A stretch of DNA of 63,837 nucleotides, the filler included, from Lama guanicoe (Eukaryota), in NCBI GenBank assembly GCA_013239625.1. It is 212 parts of 212 records of this genome, joined end to end, with 100 filler letters (N's around TTAATTAATTAA, not from the genome) between each part and the next. Parts side by side here need not be neighbours in the genome. Positions count along the whole stretch, not along the records: positions 13,546 to 13,746 come from PNXV01031051.1; positions 13,847 to 14,047 come from PNXV01031052.1; positions 14,148 to 14,348 come from PNXV01031053.1; positions 14,449 to 14,649 come from PNXV01031054.1; positions 14,750 to 14,950 come from PNXV01031055.1; positions 15,051 to 15,251 come from PNXV01031056.1; positions 15,352 to 15,552 come from PNXV01031057.1; positions 15,653 to 15,853 come from PNXV01031058.1; 204 more parts are not named here. One strand, given 5' to 3'. Made by a program: the position numbers and the translations under genes. A model generated the notes under the pieces. The model was not told where the DNA came from and searched no databases. It saw only the letters and a program-made list of their open reading frames with translations. Each line of letters opens with the position of its first letter. Position 1 is the first letter of the stretch. Positions 13,446 to 23,330 of the stretch are shown in pieces.

Positions 13446-14147
13446 NNNNNNNNNNNNNNNNNNNNNNNNNNNNNNNNNNNNNNNNNNNNTTAATTAATTA
13501 ANNNNNNNNNNNNNNNNNNNNNNNNNNNNNNNNNNNNNNNNNNNNTTTTTGAGACCGAGACCCTAGCTCGAGAGGCAGGACAGTTCTGCACATTCGTGTA
13601 ACTTTTAACCATCCAGCTCATCCATGTCCCAGCCAGTGACAGGTCAGCAGACAAAAACCACCCAGGGTATCCACGGAAATCACCCTTGACCCCAACTCTT
13701 GCTCTGAATCCCTATGCTCCTTCAGTTCTGGTGGATTCTAGCCTCANNNNNNNNNNNNNNNNNNNNNNNNNNNNNNNNNNNNNNNNNNNNTTAATTAATT
13801 AANNNNNNNNNNNNNNNNNNNNNNNNNNNNNNNNNNNNNNNNNNNNCCTTCACAAGACCCACAGCTCGGCGGGAAGACCGGCGCTCTGCTCTACCAGAGT
13901 AACTCGTAGGCCTGCGAGAAGGGTCATGGCCAGGCATGGCAGCTCCCACAGGACAGGACCTAACGGGCTTTCTTCCCAAAGCCAAGAGTGATAGGCAACT
14001 TTAGGGAGTCTGTCCAGGATGCAATGAGCCTCTTTCTCTGAGACTTGNNNNNNNNNNNNNNNNNNNNNNNNNNNNNNNNNNNNNNNNNNNNTTAATTAAT
14101 TAANNNNNNNNNNNNNNNNNNNNNNNNNNNNNNNNNNNNNNNNNNNN

Positions 14148-14348
14148 TTCAGGACTTTGCCCCATCTCTCTTCATCTGGCTGTTGATTTGTATCCTTTAA
14201 GACACATCCTTTTATAGTAAATTGGCAATCTAATGAGGAAGAAAGTTTTCCCGAGTTTTGTGAGCCACGCTAGCAAATTCATCGAACCCAAGGAGGGGTT
14301 CTTGAGAATTTCCCATTTATAGCCAGTGGGTCAGAAGCACAGGTAACT
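14148..14348 (+). mobile_element. MER21-family LTR fragment, copy/allele 1
   Basis: CTCTTCATCTGGCTGTTGATTTGTATCC...GTGAGCCACGCTAGCAAATTCATCGAACCCAAGGAGGGG...TAGCCAGTGGGTCAGAAGCACAGGT. Confidence 0.8.
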
Positions 14349-14448
14349 NNNNNNNNNNNNNNNNNNNNNNNNNNNNNNNNNNNNNNNNNNNNTTAATTAA
14401 TTAANNNNNNNNNNNNNNNNNNNNNNNNNNNNNNNNNNNNNNNNNNNN

Positions 14449-14649
14449 TTCAGGACTTTGCCCCATCTCTCTTCATCTGGCTGTTGATTTGTATCCTGTA
14501 AGACACATCCTTTTATAATAAATTGGCAATCTAATGAGGAAGCAAGTTTTCCCGAGTTCTGTGAGCCACGCTAGCAAATTCATCGAACCCAAGGAGGGGC
14601 TCTTGAGAATTTCCCATTTATAGCCAGTGGGTCAGAAGCACAGGTAACT
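14449..14649 (+). mobile_element. MER21-family LTR fragment, copy/allele 2
   Basis: Same as 14148-14348 except for 5 substitutions. Confidence 0.8.
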
Positions 14650-15652
14650 NNNNNNNNNNNNNNNNNNNNNNNNNNNNNNNNNNNNNNNNNNNNTTAATTA
14701 ATTAANNNNNNNNNNNNNNNNNNNNNNNNNNNNNNNNNNNNNNNNNNNNTGGGGAAACATGGCAGGAAGGGAATGCCTTTGCTGGGGTCCCTGGTTACAA
14801 ATGAGCATAGAATTTTCTGGAAATAATGACAGGGCTTTGTTGAAAATCTAATGATTTAGCAGAACCCCAACGTAAAGTGGAGACAGTTCAAATTTAGCAG
14901 ATTCATCAACACTTGTTCAGTATGAGAAAGAAGAGGGGAAAGTGTGTGAGNNNNNNNNNNNNNNNNNNNNNNNNNNNNNNNNNNNNNNNNNNNNTTAATT
15001 AATTAANNNNNNNNNNNNNNNNNNNNNNNNNNNNNNNNNNNNNNNNNNNNTCTTTGGGAACTTGTTATTTTTTAACTGTTACTGACTTTTCCAGAAACAC
15101 AGGGTATTTCTTTTCCATACTGACGACTCTAATTCTTTTATAAATCAAGTGATTTGTAAAAGGGAAGAGAGAAGGGAAAGCAGTGTAGAAACAAGCAACA
15201 GCGAAGCAGCACGTGTATTTTAATGCCCTCCGGAAAGCTGGCGCCCTCAAANNNNNNNNNNNNNNNNNNNNNNNNNNNNNNNNNNNNNNNNNNNNTTAAT
15301 TAATTAANNNNNNNNNNNNNNNNNNNNNNNNNNNNNNNNNNNNNNNNNNNNGCCCTGGAGTGGCTCTCAGTGCAGGGCAGGGGAGGGATGCAGTGTGAGA
15401 CATTCTAGAATCATAAGGACCATTGGACAACCTGATGGTGCTACCCTCTGGAGTCATCAGGAGGATACCACAGAGTCAGTGGCTTCTGGGTTGGGGCTTG
15501 ACGGAGAAGTAGAAGTTCATGGGACAGGAGGAACAGCATGTGCAAAGACTTGNNNNNNNNNNNNNNNNNNNNNNNNNNNNNNNNNNNNNNNNNNNNTTAA
15601 TTAATTAANNNNNNNNNNNNNNNNNNNNNNNNNNNNNNNNNNNNNNNNNNNN

Positions 15653-15853
15653 CACATTCTTTTTCATTATAGGCTATTACGAGGTATTAATATTGTTCCC
15701 CATGCTCTGCTGTAGCCATCATTAAAAAGTCCACAAACAATCAACGCTGGAGAGGCTGTGGAGAAAAGGGAGCCTCCTACGCTGCTGGTGGGGATGCGGT
15801 TTGGTGCAGCCGCTGTGGAGAACAGTCTGGAGTTTCCTTAAAAAAGCTAAAAA
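15653..15853. mobile_element. LINE-1 with an internal inversion junction at about 15715
   Basis: 15653-15715 is antisense L1 3' UTR. 15715-15853 is sense L1 ORF2 C-terminus (AIIKKSTNNQRWRGCGEKG). Confidence 0.75.
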
Positions 15854-16677
15854 NNNNNNNNNNNNNNNNNNNNNNNNNNNNNNNNNNNNNNNNNNNNTTA
15901 ATTAATTAANNNNNNNNNNNNNNNNNNNNNNNNNNNNNNNNNNNNNNNNNNNNAAGGCTAATTCAATAAGTTCCACAATAAATGTCCAATCAGAGAACAT
16001 TATCCGAGCCTCCATCAGAAGACCAGGTTATGACATAACTCAACACAGCAGAGCTGTCCCTATGCCCCATCAACACCACAGTTTATCATCTGTATGATTC
16101 AGATGACACCATAGCCCTTCTTGGTCTCCACCAAGTCAATGAGTCTTGATCTGGNNNNNNNNNNNNNNNNNNNNNNNNNNNNNNNNNNNNNNNNNNNNTT
16201 AATTAATTAANNNNNNNNNNNNNNNNNNNNNNNNNNNNNNNNNNNNNNNNNNNNTATTTCTGGAGGGGTTGGAAAAACATGAGGATGTCTAGATATAAAA
16301 AAAGAAAAAACCTAAACAAGAGAAGAGGAAGATTCTGGAGAGAAACAAGCTCTGAAGAGGTGAGAGTTGTCAGACACAGAGCAGTGGTGAAGATGGGGAG
16401 AGCCGGCCGCTGGGGCGGGAGGGCCGGCAGGAGGGGCTCAGGGCTGCAGAGGCAGNNNNNNNNNNNNNNNNNNNNNNNNNNNNNNNNNNNNNNNNNNNNT
16501 TAATTAATTAANNNNNNNNNNNNNNNNNNNNNNNNNNNNNNNNNNNNNNNNNNNNTAGCTGTTACCCTCTCCTTGTTGCCTAGCTCACCACTGGATGTGG
16601 GAGGTGGGTAAATTACTATTTCAGTTCGCAGCTCTTTAGATCACAACAAAGAATAGTCAAGAAACTGTATTTGATAC

Positions 16678-16756
16678 CGTGTATCACTTATATGTGATAT
16701 CTAAGACATGATACAAATGAGCTTATTTACAAAACAGAAACAGACTCACAGACATA
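16678..16756 (+). mobile_element. LINE-1 3' UTR fragment (cetartiodactyl type)
   Basis: TATCACTTATATGTG...GATACAAATGAGCTTATTTACAAAACAGAAACAGACTCACAGACATA. Confidence 0.8.
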
Positions 16757-16856
16757 NNNNNNNNNNNNNNNNNNNNNNNNNNNNNNNNNNNNNNNNNNNN
16801 TTAATTAATTAANNNNNNNNNNNNNNNNNNNNNNNNNNNNNNNNNNNNNNNNNNNN

Positions 16857-17057
16857 GGACAGCTACATGAAAAAGACTGAAATTAGAAGGTTCTCTAACA
16901 TCATATATAAAAGTAAACTCAAAATGGATTAAAGCCCTCAATGTAAGATCAGACAGCATAAAACTCCTAGAGGAAAACACAGGCAGAACTCTTTGACATA
17001 CTTTGCAGCAATATTTTTTGGAATCTGTCCCTAGAGTAGTGGAAATAAAAGCAAAAA
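16857..17057 (+). mobile_element. LINE-1 ORF2 fragment
   Basis: AAACTCAAAATGGATTAAAGCCCTCAATGTAAGA...AAACTCCTAGAGGAAAACACAGGC encodes [11 protein letters not shown]...KLLEENTG. Confidence 0.88.
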
Positions 17058-17157
17058 NNNNNNNNNNNNNNNNNNNNNNNNNNNNNNNNNNNNNNNNNNN
17101 NTTAATTAATTAANNNNNNNNNNNNNNNNNNNNNNNNNNNNNNNNNNNNNNNNNNNN

Positions 17158-17358
17158 GCCAATGCTGCAGGTCAAGTCTGATGTCTGTTTCTAAAGAATT
17201 CTCTCTCGCTCAGGGGAGGCTGGTCTTTTTCGTTCAGTTCAGGCTTTCAACTAATTGGACAAAACCCACCCACTTTATGGAAAGCAACTGGCTTTACTCA
17301 AAGTCCACTGATTTAAATAGAAATCTTACCCCAAAACACCCTTTCAAAAACATACAGA
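17158..17358 (-). mobile_element. MLT2 (ERVL LTR) fragment
   Basis: TTCAACTAATTGGACAAAACCCACCCACTTTATGG...CTTTACTCAAAGTCCACTGATTTAAAT is antisense MLT2B/D. Confidence 0.8.
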
Positions 17359-17458
17359 NNNNNNNNNNNNNNNNNNNNNNNNNNNNNNNNNNNNNNNNNN
17401 NNTTAATTAATTAANNNNNNNNNNNNNNNNNNNNNNNNNNNNNNNNNNNNNNNNNNNN

Positions 17459-17570
17459 TGGTAGAGCGCATGCCTAGCATGCACAAGGTCCTGGGTTCAA
17501 TCCTCAGCACTGCCTCTAAAAGTAAATAAGTAAATAGACCTAATTACCCGCCACCACCACCAAAGAAAAA
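17459..17570 (+). mobile_element. tRNA-Ala-derived SINE (camelid Vic-1 type)
   Basis: TGGTAGAGCGCATGCCTAGCATGCACAAGGTCCTGGGTTCAATCC (B box) plus a tail AAATAGACCTAATTACCC... Confidence 0.8.
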
Positions 17571-18963
17571 TTTCTCTCAAATAGGACTCAGTTTCCCATA
17601 ATGTTTCTGGAAAGCCCGATGACCCCTGTCTGTGGGCTGCATGTCTATAATTCTGGCTCNNNNNNNNNNNNNNNNNNNNNNNNNNNNNNNNNNNNNNNNN
17701 NNNTTAATTAATTAANNNNNNNNNNNNNNNNNNNNNNNNNNNNNNNNNNNNNNNNNNNNTTGCTTCTCAGACGCTCACAGGATGTGGGGTGGGTGAGCAC
17801 CAGACAGGGCCAGCTGGGCCTGGTGCTGACGTGGACACAGGGAGCAAAGCCCAGCTGGTGGACGGGGGCTCTCACCACTCTCACTGCCGTCCAGACTCTG
17901 CTGTGATGCTTCTAATTTTAGATGGAGAGAGTCCAAGCCCCTCCTTCCGGGTGTGCGAGTNNNNNNNNNNNNNNNNNNNNNNNNNNNNNNNNNNNNNNNN
18001 NNNNTTAATTAATTAANNNNNNNNNNNNNNNNNNNNNNNNNNNNNNNNNNNNNNNNNNNNACCCATCCAACATATTGAATAACACAGAGAGCTTTGCCTC
18101 TGCTAAATGTTTGTCATTTTTCAAGATAGGCAAGTTCTGGCTGATGGGGAAGTAACTTTATTGTCCCCACCATTGTCTTCAGATCCATGTGGTTGGGTCT
18201 CCCTTTCAAGGTCCTAAGTGAGATCTCAGGCCAATTTCTTAGCTCTTTAGGTATACAGAAGNNNNNNNNNNNNNNNNNNNNNNNNNNNNNNNNNNNNNNN
18301 NNNNNTTAATTAATTAANNNNNNNNNNNNNNNNNNNNNNNNNNNNNNNNNNNNNNNNNNNNGTGTTCCAGACGGCTTCGCCCGTACCAGTCACAGTGCCA
18401 AGGGCCCCATCGTGCTGAGCTGAGGAAGCTGGAGCCGCTTGGTCCAGGGAACTTGTGGAGACACACTTGGGTACAGATGAAGGCTGAAGACAGCCTTCCC
18501 TGTCCTGAGGGCAGACAGCTTTCTCAGAGACTCAGCCTGCAAAGCACCTCGTGCCTGCAGAGNNNNNNNNNNNNNNNNNNNNNNNNNNNNNNNNNNNNNN
18601 NNNNNNTTAATTAATTAANNNNNNNNNNNNNNNNNNNNNNNNNNNNNNNNNNNNNNNNNNNNATTGCTAAAATTCATTCATCTAACTTCATTCATATATT
18701 TGTAATTTATCGTTCCATTTCATGGCTATATTACAATTTATTTACCTAGTTATGATGATAGATATTCGAGGTTTTGTCCCAAGTTCTGCTATTAAAAAAC
18801 TACATTGTTTAGATATGGCTTTGCATCTCTCCAGGTGCATATGTAAAGTTCATCATGGATATGNNNNNNNNNNNNNNNNNNNNNNNNNNNNNNNNNNNNN
18901 NNNNNNNTTAATTAATTAANNNNNNNNNNNNNNNNNNNNNNNNNNNNNNNNNNNNNNNNNNNN

Positions 18964-19164
18964 CCATGCAAAGGTTTTGGGGAGGAGATTTGCATGGCAA
19001 GGAAGTACTGAGAGCCAGAGCCTAAGGCAGAGCTCATTTTGATATGCATTAGAAGGGAAAAGAAGGCCAAGGGGGCTGAACTCAGAAGCAAGTGGAGGAG
19101 GTGTCAGGAGATGACGGTTGGCAGATGGACAAGGGCCATATCACTGAGGATCTTGTAGGCCAAA
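18964..19164 (-). mobile_element. L2 fragment
   Basis: GAAGGCCAAGGGGGCTGAA...AGGAGATGACGGTTGG...GGGCCATATCACTGAGGATCTTGTAGGCCA. Confidence 0.6.
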
Positions 19165-19264
19165 NNNNNNNNNNNNNNNNNNNNNNNNNNNNNNNNNNNN
19201 NNNNNNNNTTAATTAATTAANNNNNNNNNNNNNNNNNNNNNNNNNNNNNNNNNNNNNNNNNNNN

Positions 19265-19465
19265 CCCGCCCCCGGTCCGGCCCCGCTTACCCGGGGCGCT
19301 GCAGTCCGCACACACCTCCGCTCGCGGCCCCTTCCGGGACATCCTCAGCGGCGACGCGGCCGCAGCCCTCTGGGCCAGCGTGGGGGGCGCGGGCGGCGGG
19401 CTCGGGCGGCGGCGGCCCCTGCTGCCCGGCCCGGCTCCGGCAAGGCCCCGGCTAGGCTCCGCGCG
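19265..19465. promoter_or_regulatory. CpG-island fragment containing the GIT1 5' UTR, exon 1 and the start of intron 1
   Basis: Very high GC and CpG density surrounding the start codon. Confidence 0.85.
19291..19342 (-). CDS. GIT1: ARF GTPase-activating protein GIT1, first coding exon (partial CDS)
   Basis: Minus strand reads gaggATG TCC CGG AAG GGG CCG CGA GCG GAG GTG TGT GCG GAC TGC AGC GCC CCG G|gtaagc = MSRKGPRAEVCADCSAP(D). This is the GIT1 N-terminus with the first ArfGAP CxxC, followed by a canonical phase-1 donor. Confidence 0.95.
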
Positions 19466-19565
19466 NNNNNNNNNNNNNNNNNNNNNNNNNNNNNNNNNNN
19501 NNNNNNNNNTTAATTAATTAANNNNNNNNNNNNNNNNNNNNNNNNNNNNNNNNNNNNNNNNNNNN

Positions 19566-19766
19566 CTGTTTCCATGTCTTGGCTATTGTAAATAGTGTTG
19601 CTAGGAACATAGGGGTGTGGGGTTTTTTTTGAAGTAGGGTTCCTTCTGGATGTATGCCCAGGAGCAGGAATTCTGAGTCATATGTTAAGTCTATTCATAG
19701 TCTTTTCAGGAATCTCCACACTTTTTTTCATTGTGGCTGTACCAAACTGCATTCCCACCAGCAGTG
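19566..19766 (-). mobile_element. LINE-1 ORF2 3' fragment
   Basis: TTCCATGTCTTGGCTATTGTAAATAGTG...CTGTACCAAACTGCATTCCCACCAGCAGTG. Confidence 0.88.
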
Positions 19767-20167
19767 NNNNNNNNNNNNNNNNNNNNNNNNNNNNNNNNNN
19801 NNNNNNNNNNTTAATTAATTAANNNNNNNNNNNNNNNNNNNNNNNNNNNNNNNNNNNNNNNNNNNNTCCCTTTCTTCAGAGTGTGTTTTGACTTTTCTAG
19901 ACTATTTTTGTGAAGTCTTTTATTCTTTGTCCTGTGTGGTCTTTGAGAAAGAGAGCAAGAAAGCAAGAGGGAGAGAGAGAGAAAGAGTGAGTAGACAGAG
20001 TCAGAGAGTGAAACAGAGAGAAAAGAAAAGAGAAAGAGAAATAACAGATGAATTTGTCCAAATCTTTNNNNNNNNNNNNNNNNNNNNNNNNNNNNNNNNN
20101 NNNNNNNNNNNTTAATTAATTAANNNNNNNNNNNNNNNNNNNNNNNNNNNNNNNNNNNNNNNNNNNN

Positions 20168-20368
20168 TTGAGGCATAATTATATACAATAAAATGTACCC
20201 ATTTCAGTGTTCTGTCCAATGCATTTTGACAAATGTAAATAGTCATGTAACCAACCACGCCCCCCCAAAGAAAATATAGAATGTTCCCTCACCTTGCCCA
20301 GACGAGCTGCTTTCCTATCCCCCCCAGCCCCAGGCAATGAATGACTAATCTGCTTTTTGTCACCATAA
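20168..20368 (-). mobile_element. Old LINE-1 3' end (L1MC/ME-like)
   Basis: TTGAGGCATAATTATATACAATAAAATGTACCCATTT...CCCCAGCCCCAGGCAA...CTAATCTGCTTT. Confidence 0.7.
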
Positions 20369-20468
20369 NNNNNNNNNNNNNNNNNNNNNNNNNNNNNNNN
20401 NNNNNNNNNNNNTTAATTAATTAANNNNNNNNNNNNNNNNNNNNNNNNNNNNNNNNNNNNNNNNNNNN

Positions 20469-20628
20469 TGGTTTGCTTCTACTGGTTGGCTATTGTGAAT
20501 AATGCTGCTATAAATATGGATGTATAAATATATCTTTGAAATTCTTCTCTCAATTCCTTTGAGTATATACCCATAAGTGGAATTGCTGGATTATATGGTA
20601 ATTCTATTTTTAATTTCTTGAGGAACTG
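20469..20628 (-). mobile_element. LINE-1 (L1MB-like) fragment
   Basis: GGCTATTGTGAATAATGCTGCTAT...AGTGGAATTGCTGGATTATATGGTAATTCTATTTTTAATTTCTTGAGGAAC. Confidence 0.85.
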
Positions 20629-21070
20629 AAGGAGGATTAATAAAATGGCCGCACTTAGGCTAACAGATTNNNNNNNNNNNNNNNNNNNNNNNNNNNNNNN
20701 NNNNNNNNNNNNNTTAATTAATTAANNNNNNNNNNNNNNNNNNNNNNNNNNNNNNNNNNNNNNNNNNNNCAGTTCAAGATAAAAACCGAGCTGCCGACTT
20801 TGTTTACATACGCTTATTCTATGATGTGTGTCTAAAGATTTGATTTTAAACCACCGGTTATTTTTTTGGTGGTTGTTCTGAGGCTTTGAAAAAGTCTGCT
20901 TTAGCACCTCGTGAATTCCCTGTTTTTCCAGTGGAGGATCACAGTTGATGGCGGCTGACTTTATGTGCGTNNNNNNNNNNNNNNNNNNNNNNNNNNNNNN
21001 NNNNNNNNNNNNNNTTAATTAATTAANNNNNNNNNNNNNNNNNNNNNNNNNNNNNNNNNNNNNNNNNNNN

Positions 21071-21271
21071 TTTCAAATTTGTTCTTCTTTTTAACGTTCT
21101 GATTGAATAATTCATTATTTTATCTTCCAGATCACTTACGCACTCTTGTGTATCATCTAGTCTATTAATTTCTTCTAGTGTGTTTTTTCACTTTATTCAT
21201 TGTATTCTTCTGTTCTAACTGGTTTTTTTTTTATATTTTCTAGTTTCATGTTAAAATTCTCACTGTGTTCA
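21071..21271 (-). mobile_element. LINE-1 ORF1-region fragment
   Basis: TATCTTCCAGATCACTTA...TCTTCTAGTGTGTTTTTCACTTT; homologous to 4516-4716. Confidence 0.6.
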
Positions 21272-21973
21272 NNNNNNNNNNNNNNNNNNNNNNNNNNNNN
21301 NNNNNNNNNNNNNNNTTAATTAATTAANNNNNNNNNNNNNNNNNNNNNNNNNNNNNNNNNNNNNNNNNNNNTAGTACCAGGCACGGGTAGGCTTAAGTCC
21401 TGGGTGTTGAGAGCGGGCCTTCCGGGTGTAACCAGTGCCCTCATCCGCCTGTTCTAGGACAGCAAGTTGTGCTCACGCATGGGTGAACACGTGCTGATAA
21501 ATGAATCCAGGGCTTTTACAGTTCTCAAATTTGACTCGGTTTCGAGCACCTCTTGGGAAGAGAACAGAGTTGNNNNNNNNNNNNNNNNNNNNNNNNNNNN
21601 NNNNNNNNNNNNNNNNTTAATTAATTAANNNNNNNNNNNNNNNNNNNNNNNNNNNNNNNNNNNNNNNNNNNNAGGAGGGAGTGCACCGTGTGATTCCCTG
21701 GGATATACACACACATTTCAGGCAAGGGCACAGCATGGGCTCTTTGGGATTGAAGGAGAGGAAGAGTAATAGTAAAGAGAATTTGAATGAGATCACGGTG
21801 CCAGATCACACATGGGCTTATACACACACTGATGACTTGCTGGCTCAATTTCTCCACATTCCAAATGGTAGCCNNNNNNNNNNNNNNNNNNNNNNNNNNN
21901 NNNNNNNNNNNNNNNNNTTAATTAATTAANNNNNNNNNNNNNNNNNNNNNNNNNNNNNNNNNNNNNNNNNNNN

Positions 21974-22174
21974 TTGGGAGAAAATATGTGCTAAATGTAT
22001 ATATGATCAAGGGTCTCATCTCGTCAAGACGATAAGAATTCTTATGGCTCAATAATAAGACAGACAATCCAATTTACAAAAGGTCAAATAGACATTTCAC
22101 CAAAGAAGACTGATAAATGAAAAGATGCGTATGAAAAGAAGTTTAACATCATTAGTAATTAGGAAAAAGCAAAA
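21974..22174 (+). mobile_element. Old LINE-1 ORF2 3' fragment
   Basis: TGGGAGAAAATATGTGC...AATAGACATTTCACCAAAGAAGA...ACATCATTAGTAATTAGGAAAA. Confidence 0.8.
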
Positions 22175-22274
22175 NNNNNNNNNNNNNNNNNNNNNNNNNN
22201 NNNNNNNNNNNNNNNNNNTTAATTAATTAANNNNNNNNNNNNNNNNNNNNNNNNNNNNNNNNNNNNNNNNNNNN

Positions 22275-22475
22275 AAGATGTTAAACTTCAGTAATTATCA
22301 GGGAGATGTAAATTAAAACCACAGTGAGATATCGCCTTAGAATGGCTGTCACCCAAAAGATAAGAGATAACAAGTATTGGTGAGGAGAAATGGGAACTTT
22401 GTGCACTGTTGTTGGGAATGTAAATGGGTACAGCCACTATCAAAAACAGTGTGACGGTTTCTCAAAAAATTAGAG
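22275..22475 (+). mobile_element. LINE-1 ORF2 3' fragment
   Basis: AAATTAAAACCACAGTGAGATA...CACTGTTGTTGGGAATGTAAATGGGTACAGCCACTAT. Confidence 0.85.
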
Positions 22476-22876
22476 NNNNNNNNNNNNNNNNNNNNNNNNN
22501 NNNNNNNNNNNNNNNNNNNTTAATTAATTAANNNNNNNNNNNNNNNNNNNNNNNNNNNNNNNNNNNNNNNNNNNNTTCATATTGCTAGGAGTCTTAGATT
22601 TCTCCTGAATGAAAGCACCCAGAGAGCGTGACATGCTATTTCTTCGAAGAAGCTTACCTTTTGGCTTCAGATGACATGACTGAGAAATTATCTTTAATTC
22701 CTCATAAGCGGATATGTATCCTGACTTGAATGTATATAAAATTTAATATTTTCCTAAAACATACATTTTATCTGTANNNNNNNNNNNNNNNNNNNNNNNN
22801 NNNNNNNNNNNNNNNNNNNNTTAATTAATTAANNNNNNNNNNNNNNNNNNNNNNNNNNNNNNNNNNNNNNNNNNNN

Positions 22877-23077
22877 GCAGATTTTATTTTCCAAGGGCTG
22901 CCAAGGCAGTATCTCCCGTCTCACAAGGTGCTCTGCAACGTGATGTTGCCCCTCCTCCATCAAGAGTTCCAGTCTATTTCTCCTTACCTAAAAAAACAAA
23001 CCAAAACCAAAACCAAAACCAAAACCAAAAAAAAACACTATCAGGAGGGTCCTATTCTCACCTTGACCAAGAGAATA
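22877..23077 (+). mobile_element. Probable MLT1 (MaLR) LTR start interrupted by an (ACCAAA)n repeat
   Basis: GCAGATTTTATTTTCCAAGGGCTGCC...TTGCCCCTCCTCCATCAAGAG resembles MLT1G/H; hexamer repeat at about 22997-23030. Confidence 0.5.
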
Positions 23078-23209
23078 NNNNNNNNNNNNNNNNNNNNNNN
23101 NNNNNNNNNNNNNNNNNNNNNTTAATTAATTAANNNNNNNNNNNNNNNNNNNNNNNNNNNNNNNNNNNNNNNNNNNNCAACTCCGCTCCTCCATTTACAT
23201 CCCACAAAA

Positions 23210-23330
23210 AATGTCACACACAAGAATGTTCACAGCAGCACTCTTTGCCATAGCCCCCATCTGGAAACGAGCCAAATGCTCACCAACATGAGAAAAAAAA
23301 TCAACCGTGGTATATTTATACCATGGGACA
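23210..23330 (+). mobile_element. Ancient LINE-1 (L1ME-like) fragment
   Basis: ACAAGAATGTTCACAGCAGCACTCTTTGCCATAGCCCCCATCTGGAAAC. Confidence 0.7.

Noticed and set aside
21974..22475. Two consecutive fragments that look like colinear parts of one L1
   Set aside because: They overlap in L1 consensus coordinates yet differ in sequence, so they are different copies adjacent by chance.
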